This document shows, one piece after another, positions 1 to 10,593 of a stretch of 64,000 bases of DNA. Below the pieces are notes generated by a model. The model was not told where the DNA came from and made no database searches. It worked only from the letters and a program-made list of their open reading frames with translations. The stretch's first letter is position 1. Each line of letters begins with the position of its first letter. A program made the translations under genes and the position numbers. This stretch comes from an uncultured delta proteobacterium (lineage in GTDB: Bacteria; Desulfobacterota; Binatia; UBA9968), in NCBI GenBank assembly GCA_963727625.1, contig CAVSHR010000005.1:96001-160000 (forward strand), given 5' to 3'.

Positions 1-8
1 AAGAGACG

Positions 9-344
9 GTGCTTATTGCCATTCACCCGAATCGTCGGGCTAATAACGCGGCCAAGCCGCGGCGAGAGAGAAGCCAGCAGCGGCGAATTTACGGCCCACG
101 CGATCTGCTGCCCGCGCATTTAACCTGCAAAGAAGAAGTCGACCTTATCAGCCACTATCTCGCCGCTGCGCTTGACAGTTCCGCTCTCCGCGCCTTTGAA
201 AGTCATCTTTCAATCTGTCCGGACTGCGCGGCTTTTTTTCACACCTATAAAAAAACCCTCGAGCTGACCAGAGGTTTTTTGGCGCGACCGAAGCGCCAGC
301 TCCGGCCGCTGGCACAGATCGGCAGACTCGCGAAGCAGCGCTAA
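9..344 (+). CDS. zf-HC2 (ZAS anti-sigma-type zinc finger) small protein
   Basis: LTCKEEVDLISHYL...FESHLSICPDC matches the C..HxxxCxxC zf-HC2 pattern; start uncertain at the window edge. Confidence 0.7.
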   Translation: MLIAIHPNRRANNAAKPRRERSQQRRIYGPRDLLPAHLTCKEEVDLISHYLAAALDSSALRAFESHLSICPDCAAFFHTYKKTLELTRGFLARPKRQLRPLAQIGRLAKQR

Positions 345-460
345 CATTGGGAGCGCACCCTTTCCGAAAGTTTCCGCATCTAACCAGGCAACAAGCAGTT
401 TCACCCCATTGAGAGGAAATCTAAACGAAGTCACCCTGGGCATAATACGAGGAGAAATCC

Positions 461-1573
461 ATGAGAGCCATTGCCGTTACACCAGCGACCAAGCAAATCG
501 CGATTATCGACCAGCCCGAGCCAAGCGCATCTCGACCTACCGACGTCAAGTTGCGCATGCTTGAAGCCGGAGTTTGCGGTACGGACAAAGAGATCTGCGC
601 CTTCGAATATGGCACGCCGCCCGCGGGCAGTGATCACCTGATCATCGGCCATGAATCGCTGGGCGAAGTCGTCGAGGTAGGCCCGCAGGTCGGCAGAGTG
701 AAAGTCGGCGATCTGGTCGTACCCATGGTACGGCGTCCCTGTCCGCATGATTATTGTATGGCTTGCACTAACGGCCGCCAGGATTTCTGTTTCACCGGCG
801 ATTTCACCGAGCGCGGCATCAAGCAGCAGCATGGCTTTATGGCGCAATATGTCGTCGATGACGAAATTTACATGAACCCCGTGGCCCGGGAACTGCGCGA
901 TGTGGCGGTACTGGTCGAGCCTTTGACGATTGCGGAGAAGGCTTTGATCCAAGTTTGGGACGTGCAGCAACGACTTCCCTGGAGTTGTCCGGTCTCCCCC
1001 GGCAAGGCGCACGCACACTGCCATCGCGCCGTGGTTCTCGGCGCCGGACCCGTTGGCTTATTGGGCGCCATGGCACTCGTGAACGCCGATTTCGATACCT
1101 ATGTTTATGCCCGCGAGCCGGTGCCTAATCCCAAAGCCGATGCCTTGAGGATGATCGGGGCGAAGTACATCTCGGCACAAAATCACTCCCTCGAGGATCT
1201 GGCGCAGAAAGTCGGCAACGTCGATCTCGTCTACGAGGCCACCGGCGCTTCGCGCCTCGCCTTCGCCATGATCGAAAATCTCGGCACCAACGGCATTTTT
1301 ATTTTCACCGGTGTCCCCGGGCGCAAAGGGCCGGTGGAGGTTGACACCGACCTGATGATGCGGAATTTGGTGCTCAAAAATCAGGTGATCTTCGGCACGG
1401 TCAACGCCGGCCGCGACGCCTTCGAAGCTTCGATTCGAGACCTCGCTGTATTCGCCAAGCGCTGGCCCGAAGCCGTCAGATCTCTCATTACCGGCCGCTA
1501 TCCGATGGAAGCGCACCGCGATCTGCTCACGGGAGCGGCCAGCGGCATCAAGAACGTCATCAAGCTAAACTAA
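461..1573 (+). CDS. Zn-dependent glucose 1-dehydrogenase (archaeal-type MDR family)
   Basis: GVCGTD, GHES, structural Zn Cys cluster (CPHDYCMAC...C), GAGPVG, GTVNA C-terminal motif; RBS GAGGAG. Confidence 0.85.
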   Translation: MRAIAVTPATKQIAIIDQPEPSASRPTDVKLRMLEAGVCGTDKEICAFEYGTPPAGSDHLIIGHESLGEVVEVGPQVGRVKVGDLVVPMVRRPCPHDYCMACTNGRQDFCFTGDFTERGIKQQHGFMAQYVVDDEIYMNPVARELRDVAVLVEPLTIAEKALIQVWDVQQRLPWSCPVSPGKAHAHCHRAVVLGAGPVGLLGAMALVNADFDTYVYAREPVPNPKADALRMIGAKYISAQNHSLEDLAQKVGNVDLVYEATGASRLAFAMIENLGTNGIFIFTGVPGRKGPVEVDTDLMMRNLVLKNQVIFGTVNAGRDAFEASIRDLAVFAKRWPEAVRSLITGRYPMEAHRDLLTGAASGIKNVIKLN

Positions 1574-1733
1574 AATTTGCCGCCACCGCGGTTAGACTGC
1601 TTTGGCTTCACACCGTTCAGACTATCTAGCCCGGGCAACCGAGCTGGAAGCGATTTACAATCGAGAGGGGAAAACTGACTTAGTCTAAAATTCCCCGATT
1701 AAACCGGCCTTTTCGCTCCTGTGCAAACATGCC

Positions 1734-1810
1734 CGAACGAAATCCGCGCGACGGTGCGTGGGATGTTCATTTTCCAACGCATGGAACTGCCCTCGAATGA
1801 AATCCGTGCG
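1734..1810. repeat. 17-bp imperfect direct repeat pair, 60 bp apart
   Basis: cgaacgaaatccgcgcg (1734-1750) and cgaatgaaatccgtgcg (1794-1810), 15/17 identical. Confidence 0.5.
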
Positions 1811-1958
1811 CCAATTGAGACAGTCGGATTCCACTCCGTCTAGCGTTTGAGACTCAGCCAAACACCGCAAAATTGCGTTCGATCCTGCGCGCACCTCTTC
1901 GGGCATGGACTCCGTTGCACGGTCGCATCTATTTAAAACTCACCGCCATCTAATAGCC

Positions 1959-2804
1959 ATGATGCACGCGCTGAAGCGCCACTGGCCGGAATTTTTGATT
2001 GAAGGCACCTGCCTCGGGATGTTTATGATCTCGGCGTTTACCTTCGGCGCGATCTTCGAATATCCGGCATCGCCGATACACAACGCAATTCCCAGCCCGC
2101 TGCTCCGCCGCTTGCTGATGGGTCTTGCCATGGGTGGCACCGCGATCGCCATAATCTACTCGCCATGGGGTAAACAATCCGGCGCGCATATCAACCCATC
2201 CACAACCCTCACCTTTTTCCGCCTCGGCAAAGTGCAAAGGTGGGACGCCACTTTCTATGTCATCGCGCAATTTATGGGCGGCCTGATCGGTGCAATCATC
2301 GCGGCGACGCTACTGTCACCGTGGGTATCGGATCCCGCGGTCAATTATGTCGTAACGGCGCCCGGTAACGCCGGCGCGCCCTTGGCGTTTCTTGCAGAAA
2401 CAGCCATTACATTCATTCTGATGACGGTCATATTGCAGGTATCGAACAACTCGCGCCTGCATCAATGGACTGGACTCTGCGCCGGCATTCTGGTCGCCGC
2501 TTATATAACTTTCGAAGCGCCGCTTTCCGGCATGAGCATGAATCCCGCTCGCACCCTCGCCTCCGCCGTGCCGGCGCGCCATTGGCTCGATCTCTGGGTT
2601 TATTTTACTGCGCCGCTTCTCGGCATGCTTGCCGCAGGCGAAGTTTACCTGCGCATTAACGGCGCGGCACATCTAAGTTGCGCCAAGCTGCATCATGAAA
2701 ATAGTCAGCGCTGTATTTTTTGCGGCAAACCGGCCGGTGAAGTTCTACCTATAAAAATCCCTCTTGACACGATGACACCGAGTTGTAGTCTTAAATGCAA
2801 ATGA
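1959..2804 (+). CDS. MIP-family aquaporin with a His/Cys-rich C-terminal tail
   Basis: SGAHINPS and GMSMNPAR loops, about 6 hydrophobic helices; tail CAKLHHENSQRCIFCG; alternative start 1905. Confidence 0.9.
   Translation: MMHALKRHWPEFLIEGTCLGMFMISAFTFGAIFEYPASPIHNAIPSPLLRRLLMGLAMGGTAIAIIYSPWGKQSGAHINPSTTLTFFRLGKVQRWDATFYVIAQFMGGLIGAIIAATLLSPWVSDPAVNYVVTAPGNAGAPLAFLAETAITFILMTVILQVSNNSRLHQWTGLCAGILVAAYITFEAPLSGMSMNPARTLASAVPARHWLDLWVYFTAPLLGMLAAGEVYLRINGAAHLSCAKLHHENSQRCIFCGKPAGEVLPIKIPLDTMTPSCSLKCK
2764..2791 (+). promoter_or_regulatory. Putative sigma70 promoter inside the aquaporin 3' end
   Basis: TTGACA-16 nt-TAGTCT, about 10 nt upstream of ATG 2801. Confidence 0.4.
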
Positions 2805-3169
2805 GTTCTCTCGCGCAATCGGCTAAGCAGAACTTATTCCTACGCGGCTTCATTGCCGCTCTCGTGGTCGCAACCGCGTTTGCGACGCTCATGTCTTACC
2901 GTCATCTCGTTCCAAAGGGCATTCCCAGGCTGCTCTCCCAGGAGCATGAAGTCCGGCGCGAGCTCGCGCGCGCCGAGCGCATCAATCTTCGAACCGGTGT
3001 CATTTGCGAAGAAGGCATCGTTCGATCCGAAGCGGGGCAGCAATCCTGCACCGGCGCAATTTGTTCTGAGACTTTCGACCAGGTGGTCGGCGCCGCACCG
3101 GCAGTCTTCAGCTTTCCAACCCAGCTCGGCATGGCCGACCTAAATCGTTTCACCGTCCTGAACCTGTGA
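2801..3169 (+). CDS. Hypothetical membrane-anchored protein
   Basis: N-terminal hydrophobic segment; ATG overlaps the aquaporin stop; upstream promoter-like motif. Confidence 0.45.
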   Translation: MSSLAQSAKQNLFLRGFIAALVVATAFATLMSYRHLVPKGIPRLLSQEHEVRRELARAERINLRTGVICEEGIVRSEAGQQSCTGAICSETFDQVVGAAPAVFSFPTQLGMADLNRFTVLNL

Positions 3170-3340
3170 TCCTTTCCGCTTAATTACCCGGCGCAATCGA
3201 GCCCGGGGGGCCTTCAGACACAATTCGCGATACTCGGCACTTCCTCATTGTAGGGGGAGGATTGGGGTCAATTCTCAATAGCGCCCCCACCAGCCGGGAG
3301 CCAAGAAAGGCTATTGAACCAGCCAAGAAGGATCATACCT

Positions 3341-3661
3341 ATGCATACGGTCAATTCACCAAAAGCGACATTTTCAGTTCTCCTCGTAGCTGCGGCCATT
3401 GCCGCCGGCGCCGCTAAAGCGACGCCCGCTAAAGGAGTGATTTCATCCACCCCGGCATCCGCCGTGGATTATTGTCACTTAGAATTTCCCGCAATCCGAC
3501 CAAGCACTCTGGGTACACCGAATCCCCGACTGAAAGAGGCGGCAAGCGGGGACATCGTGGATTACTACGGACCCTGCGACCACGATCCGCTGGGCAAGGA
3601 TGAAGTCGCGGAGCAGGAGCACGAAAATGAAGTGCGCCAGTCTCGCGACAATGGCCTTTAG
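3341..3661 (+). CDS. Small secreted protein with a two-Cys motif (YCHLEFPAI...YYGPCDHDP)
   Basis: Signal-peptide-like N-terminus, AAGAAGGA RBS, two Cys that could form a disulfide. Confidence 0.7.
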   Translation: MHTVNSPKATFSVLLVAAAIAAGAAKATPAKGVISSTPASAVDYCHLEFPAIRPSTLGTPNPRLKEAASGDIVDYYGPCDHDPLGKDEVAEQEHENEVRQSRDNGL

Positions 3662-3896
3662 GCAAACAGGAGGCTCTAAGCGCTAAACCGAGGCCGCCGC
3701 GCAGGTGAGACAAATTTGCCGCGCGGCGCTCTCCCCTTGCGTCTGCCGATGAAAACGAGGGTCAACGCCGTCAAAGGTCGAATCAGAAACGCTATCGCGC
3801 GACCTTTCGCTTTGACGGCGCATCCAAGCTTTAATCCCGGCGCAACGGGAATTTTATCGGCCTTATCTAAACTGAGAAACACTCGGAGGAAAAAGC

Positions 3897-4856
3897 ATGA
3901 ATCAACCAGCACTCCGGAAAGGGCCCGACGCCGACCATAGCGAGTGGGCGGTCATTCTCGCCGGCGGCAACGGCACGCGGCTAAAATCATTGACCCGAAA
4001 GATTGCCGGCGACGAGCGCCCGAAGCAATTCTGCTCAGTTCTTGGCGTCACCACACTGCTCGAAGAAACCCAAAGGCGGGTCACCTTGGAATTGGCCCGG
4101 GAGCGGACTCTCTACGTCGTCAATCGCAGCCACGAGCCGTTCTACGCAGAGATTCTCGGCGGTGAGCCGGACGCGAACCTGGTCGTACAGCCGCGCAATA
4201 TCGGCACCGCGCCGGCGATCCTTTACAGCCTCTTGAGAATTGCCGCTCAAGAACCGAATGCCATCGTCGCACTATTTCCCTCAGATCACTTTATTTCCGA
4301 CAACAAGAAATTCATGGCCCATATTCGCATCGCTCTCAACGCGGCGCGCCACAACCCGGAGGTTGTGATCCTGCTCGGGGTCGAGCCGAAGAGCCCCGAA
4401 GTCGAATATGGTTGGATCGAGCCCACCGGCTCGATGAAGGGACATCCGCGCGTCTTTGGCGTGCGGCGGTTTTGGGAGAAGCCCCATCAAATGCTCGCCC
4501 AGGTCCTGCAGCTGCGCGGCTGCCTCTGGAACAGTTTCGTAATGGTTGCTTCGGTACAGGCACTGCTTGAAATCATCGAGCGCGCCACTCCCGAGCTGTT
4601 TCGCGCTTTTGCGCCCGTGCAATCGCTCTTTCATACAAAAGCCGAGACTCGGGTGATCGACAAACTATACCAAAGGCTCGAGGAAATTAATTTCTCCCAT
4701 CGCGTCCTGGCGCTCTGTCCCGAAAGGCTAGCCGTGCTCAAAGTCAGCGGCGTGCGCTGGAGCGACCTCGGCGAACCCAAGCGGGTGATGGCGTCCCTCG
4801 ACATGGCCGGCATTCAGCCCTCCTGGGTAGATTCCGCGGCACGTCAGCTTGCCTAG
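3897..4856 (+). CDS. Mannose-1-phosphate guanylyltransferase-like sugar-phosphate nucleotidyltransferase
   Basis: ILAGGNGTRL, PKQF, PSDH, EYGWI, FWEKP, WNS and WSDLG motifs; no PMI domain. Confidence 0.85.
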   Translation: MNQPALRKGPDADHSEWAVILAGGNGTRLKSLTRKIAGDERPKQFCSVLGVTTLLEETQRRVTLELARERTLYVVNRSHEPFYAEILGGEPDANLVVQPRNIGTAPAILYSLLRIAAQEPNAIVALFPSDHFISDNKKFMAHIRIALNAARHNPEVVILLGVEPKSPEVEYGWIEPTGSMKGHPRVFGVRRFWEKPHQMLAQVLQLRGCLWNSFVMVASVQALLEIIERATPELFRAFAPVQSLFHTKAETRVIDKLYQRLEEINFSHRVLALCPERLAVLKVSGVRWSDLGEPKRVMASLDMAGIQPSWVDSAARQLA

Positions 4857-5343
4857 CTCGTCCCTTCCCGCGAAATGAAAAAACGACCCTGTCGCGGCCA
4901 ATCGCCGCGACAGGAATCCATTAAATTCCCATTGCTGGCCGAAGTCTTTGCGACAATCGTTTCCTGAGCAAACATTTTATTCTTTCTCTTCCGCTGTGAT
5001 CCGGAACTACATTGCTCGATAGCTCGCCTTCTTCTGTGTCCCCCACCCGACGCGTCGAAGTGCAAACCGAAGATGCGACCGAGCATGCTCGCCGAGTCGC
5101 TGCAACGCGCCAAAGGCATCAAGTCCGTTACGGCATTTAGCGCACCGCTAGACGCGAGCGCCCAGGGCCCGACCACGGTGTTTATCCAATCACGATCACG
5201 TCTTTGTTCCGACCCCCAATCACCCGTCACCGGCGAAATTGAACTCCCGTTGGCCTCGAGCAATTCGGTCGAATGAACTCGTGATAAATCGCTGCGCCGC
5301 AAGTCTCCCTGGCTTCTCAACGGTGCTGGTCCCCAACCGGCAA

Positions 5344-5371
5344 TTGACACAACCGGGTGGTTTGGTACCCT
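5344..5371 (+). promoter_or_regulatory. Putative sigma70 promoter for the solute-binding protein gene
   Basis: TTGACA-16 nt-(TGG)TACCCT, then AAGGAG RBS and ATG 5426. Confidence 0.45.
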
Positions 5372-5425
5372 TGAAGTATTATCGCAGAGGTTCGACAAAC
5401 ACCTTTCAACAAGGAGATCGCGACC

Positions 5426-6436
5426 ATGAAGACCATGAAACTTTGCTTAGCCACCATCTTGAGTTTGGCGTTTTACGGCGGTTTGGTCTCACCAAGCGCT
5501 GCGGACAGCTCGTTTTACGCCAAGAGCAAAGAAGAGGGACGGGTCCTGCTCTATACTTCGCTGGCAACTGCCGATACTAAAGGTTTTCGCAGCGCGTTTG
5601 AGAAAGCCAACCCGGGTGTGAAATTGGAAATCTATCGCGCCTCCGGGACGACGATTTTGCAAAAGGTTCTGACCGAAAACCGCGCCGGAGCGAACCTCGT
5701 CGATGCCGTTATGACGGAGGGCACCGTTTTGCACGCATTGAAGGACAAAAATTTGCTGGTTAAATTTGACTCCCCAGAGCGCAAGGCATTCGATGCCCGC
5801 TTCAAGGACCAGGATGGATACTGGACCGATGTCTATCCCACCGTGCACTCCATTCCTTATAATACAAAGCTCGTCGCGCAGCGGGAACTCCCAAAGCATT
5901 ACACCGATCTCTTGGACCCAAGATGGAAGGGCAAGCTCGGAGCCAATCGAAACAACTTTATGTTTCTAGCCGCAATGCTCAACTTATACGGTAAAGAGAA
6001 GGGTGAAGATTTTCTGCGCAAGCTGTCGCAACAAAACCCGCAGGTCCGGAGCGGAGGGACACTCACCGCTACTCTGGTGGGAGCCGGAGAATTACCGATT
6101 GCGTTTTCTGTCAACGCCAACAATGTCGAAAACGTAAAGGAATCAGGCAGCCCCGTCGATTGGGTCCGACTCGAAGACCCGCTTTATGCGGAACCCCATC
6201 CCGCAGCCGTCATGGCCCGAGCGCCTCATCCAAACGCGGCCCGGTTGGTCGTGGAATTCGCTATTTCCAAAGACGGACAGGAGCTGATACGCAAGTTCGG
6301 AAAAGTCCCGGGACGGAGCGATGTCCAGCCCACAATAGGGGTTGATCGCACAACTCTGCGTATTATTTCGCCCGAAGACGAGGCGAAGACCGCCTACTAT
6401 CAGAAAATGTTCGATGACTTGTTTGGGAAACGATAA
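5426..6436 (+). CDS. Orphan ABC extracellular solute-binding protein (Fe3+/thiamine/polyamine-like class)
   Basis: Signal peptide; EEGRVLLYTS, YNTKLV, DLLDPRWKGK and APHPNAARL motifs; no permease nearby. Confidence 0.9.
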   Translation: MKTMKLCLATILSLAFYGGLVSPSAADSSFYAKSKEEGRVLLYTSLATADTKGFRSAFEKANPGVKLEIYRASGTTILQKVLTENRAGANLVDAVMTEGTVLHALKDKNLLVKFDSPERKAFDARFKDQDGYWTDVYPTVHSIPYNTKLVAQRELPKHYTDLLDPRWKGKLGANRNNFMFLAAMLNLYGKEKGEDFLRKLSQQNPQVRSGGTLTATLVGAGELPIAFSVNANNVENVKESGSPVDWVRLEDPLYAEPHPAAVMARAPHPNAARLVVEFAISKDGQELIRKFGKVPGRSDVQPTIGVDRTTLRIISPEDEAKTAYYQKMFDDLFGKR

Positions 6437-6465
6437 TAGACTCATCCGCTTGGGCTTTTGAACCT

Positions 6466-6495
6466 CCCACGTTTCGAGGATTCCCGAAACGTGGG
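6466..6495 (+). terminator. Hairpin downstream of the solute-binding protein gene
   Basis: cccacgtttcg-8 nt loop-cgaaacgtggg, perfect 11-bp stem; weak U tract. Confidence 0.5.
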
Positions 6496-6640
6496 CCCCC
6501 CCTCTTGGGCTTGTCTTTTACTGAACGATAAATCCTAATTGGGGTGCTTTTCTCTATCGGCAAGTGGAAAATCTTGGAGGTCGCGTCTCTTGCTGGTTAA
6601 TTGCGATCGCCGGTCGCTGGATCCCCGCCATGCCGCAGGC

Positions 6641-6722
6641 CGTTCCAAACCTTTCAGTTGTTCCAATCGTTCAAAACGTTTCACCGCTTCGGTCTGTTCC
6701 GATCGTTTACGAAGTTCCAGAC
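6641..6722. repeat. Degenerate 9-nt-period tandem repeat (cGTTCCAAt-like)
   Basis: cgttccaaa cctttcagt tgttccaat cgttcaaaa cgtttcacc ... gttccgat cgtttacga agttccaga. Confidence 0.6.
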
Positions 6723-6985
6723 GACGGGAAACTTTTCACGTTTCGAAGCGCGGAAACCTTGTTCGCCGGAGTTGCCGAACCAACCCGCCTAATTTAGTAG
6801 CGTGATTCAGCGACGCGACGACAATGACCCGCGCACCTAAGGACCGCGCGCGACGTCTCGACCGTCGGTGGTTAATTCTCGCCGGGAATGATAATATTAA
6901 CGTTCATCCGCGTCTATGTCTCAATGCCTGGCGGCACCTGCCCGGTTTGCGAAGACTACAGGGCGCGCAAAAAGATGCGACGACA

Positions 6986-7219
6986 ATGAAACAATATAAA
7001 GGCCATCCTATTTACGGGGTAGCAGTTCCCGCGCCTGAGCATCGCTGGATCTCGCTCGGACTGGTTTTTGACCCGGACTTAAACCAGACAATAGAGATTC
7101 AACGAATCCAGTGTCCCGCGGATCTATCCTTTCAGGCCAAGCGACAAGCCGAGGAACACGGACTCAAGCTATGCAGGGATTGGATCGATGAGCAGACTTC
7201 CAGCGCGACCTCAAGATAA
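6986..7219 (+). CDS. Small hypothetical protein
   Basis: MKQYKGHPIYGVA...AEEHGLKLCRDWID reads as a compact globular protein. Confidence 0.55.
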   Translation: MKQYKGHPIYGVAVPAPEHRWISLGLVFDPDLNQTIEIQRIQCPADLSFQAKRQAEEHGLKLCRDWIDEQTSSATSR

Positions 7220-7451
7220 GGAGGTTGGGTAAATTTGTGCACATATTGAGTTGAACTGTCGTTTCCTGGGCCTGGCCCAACAATCCTATCAATTTTCCGA
7301 TTGCGCGGGCGATAACAGACCAGCGCGCCGTAAGCCAAGCAAAACTAAAAATGCCCAACAAAAACCGTGTGCGTGTGTTACTATAGTTGAAAGTTCTCGC
7401 CATTCACTCAAATTCTCCATTGACCAGTCCGGTTGTCTCGGTCCAGCAGAG

Positions 7452-7540
7452 AACTCACCGCGGAGGCGAGGAGTACGCCGAGGAAAGAGTTTTTTATCGA
7501 GGAATACTCCGAACTACGCGAACTCTGCGCCTCAGTGGTT
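7452..7540. repeat. REP-like imperfect palindrome
   Basis: aactcaccgcggaggcg ... cgcctcagtggtt arms; shares its start (gaactcacc) with the element at 46973. Confidence 0.55.
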
Positions 7541-7715
7541 AAATAAGGCTGTCTTCTTTGGTTGCGGCTCCGCCGCGCTGGGTTCGGCAAAGTAATTCGC
7601 CAAAGGCGCGGATGGTTTCTTCGGATTATTTTGATAATTCGCCACTACCCTAACTGAATAACGCAAGCCGATACCGCGGTTGACACCACGGGAATATATC
7701 CGATACTTGGCGCAT

Positions 7716-9107
<1,392 letters not shown>

Positions 9108-9277
9108 CCGTAGCGAGCTGCGGGAATTGTAGCCGCAGCGCCGGAAGCCCGAATTTGGATGGGTCGAGTCCAACAATCTCCATCATCGCTCGCCCTAAAG
9201 ACTTCCCCAAAAGCTAGCCAATCATTTGTGAAATAAGCGCTTGGCTGATAGGGCTGAGGATTGTTCCGACGATTGCG

Positions 9278-10507
9278 ATGGCTGCACTGTTCCAACTCAA
9301 CTCCATGACCCGCGGATTGACAACGCTCTATAGCAGCGCGTTGCTTGCCGGCATGTGGTCGATGATTGTTCCGGCGGTTCCGGTTATCGCCAAGGCTTTC
9401 GACATCAGTCCGGGCACGGCGGCCCAAATGATCACCGCGCTCGCCCTCGGGCGTTTTGTCGGCATGCCGCTCAGTGGCACGGTGCTCGATCGTATGGGCA
9501 CTCGCGCAGCGCTGACCTCTGGACCGGCGATATCATGCGGCGCCGCGGTGTTGGCCGGTTTCACCCCGGCGTTCAGCCTGATTTTAATCTTGGTATTCTT
9601 GATCGGCATCGGCGAGAGCATTTGGGTGATCGCCCGCGAGATTGCCGGCATCGATCTCGTCCGCTTGGATCAGCGCGGCCGCGTCTTGAGCGGCTTTCAC
9701 GGCATCAACAATCTCGGCCTTGCCTTGGGCCCGCTTTTCGGCGGCATGCTTACCGAAGCGATCAATTTTAGGGCGGTATTTTTCGGCTACGCGATATGTG
9801 CCTTCAGCGCGGTTTTCTTGGGCTCTGCGGTTTCCAGCGCGCACATTCCAACAGTCGCTCAACCGACGGCGCTGGGCGATTGGAGCCTCGCCGCACTGCG
9901 CCGCCGACTTCGCGCGTTGAAGGCTTTGTTTCACCAGATCGATCCGGGTCTGCGCACAACCTACGCCGTTTTGGTGTTCGCGACCTTCACCAGTTTTATG
10001 CACCGGGTAACGACCCAAAGCATGTTGCCCCTCTTGGCGACATCGAAGCTCGGCCTCTCACCTCGAGAAATCGGCCTGCTGTTTACGATCTCCGGGCTTT
10101 CGGTGTTCACGATGATCCTGCCTGCGGGATTCGTCATCGATAAAGTCGGGAGAAAATGGGCCACGGTGCCGAGCACCGGCATTCCGGCGTTGGCTTTTTT
10201 ATTCATTCCGTTCGCGCATAATTTTTTTCAGCTGGCGGTTTTAATATCATTCCTCGGCATCGCCAACGGCCTATCTCTCGGCTCTCTTGCGACGTCGACG
10301 TACGATGTCGTCCCGGCCAACGCGCGCGGCCGGCTGCAAGCTGCCCGGCGTACGATCGCGGAAATCGGCGGCGTCGGCGCGCCATTGGTCGGCGGCCTGC
10401 TAGCCGACAAGTTCAATCCCGGCGTGCCGTTTTTAGTTTACGCGCCACTGTTAATTCTCTCGGCGGTATTGCTGGCGATCATCGCGCGGGAAACTTTGAA
10501 GAAATAA
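9278..10507 (+). CDS. MFS transporter
   Basis: About 12 TM helices; GTVLDRMGTR and GFVIDKVGRK motif-A copies. Confidence 0.9.
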   Translation: MAALFQLNSMTRGLTTLYSSALLAGMWSMIVPAVPVIAKAFDISPGTAAQMITALALGRFVGMPLSGTVLDRMGTRAALTSGPAISCGAAVLAGFTPAFSLILILVFLIGIGESIWVIAREIAGIDLVRLDQRGRVLSGFHGINNLGLALGPLFGGMLTEAINFRAVFFGYAICAFSAVFLGSAVSSAHIPTVAQPTALGDWSLAALRRRLRALKALFHQIDPGLRTTYAVLVFATFTSFMHRVTTQSMLPLLATSKLGLSPREIGLLFTISGLSVFTMILPAGFVIDKVGRKWATVPSTGIPALAFLFIPFAHNFFQLAVLISFLGIANGLSLGSLATSTYDVVPANARGRLQAARRTIAEIGGVGAPLVGGLLADKFNPGVPFLVYAPLLILSAVLLAIIARETLKK

Positions 10508-10593
10508 GGTCGACCCCGCCGCGACTATTATATCGATTCGATTTCGCCGCGTTTTTGTTTATACTGGGTCGATTGAGCTGAATCGACGAATTT

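Noticed and set aside
4853-5398. 181-aa minus-strand ORF / possible decayed gene
   Set aside because: No recognisable motifs and it overlaps the SBP promoter
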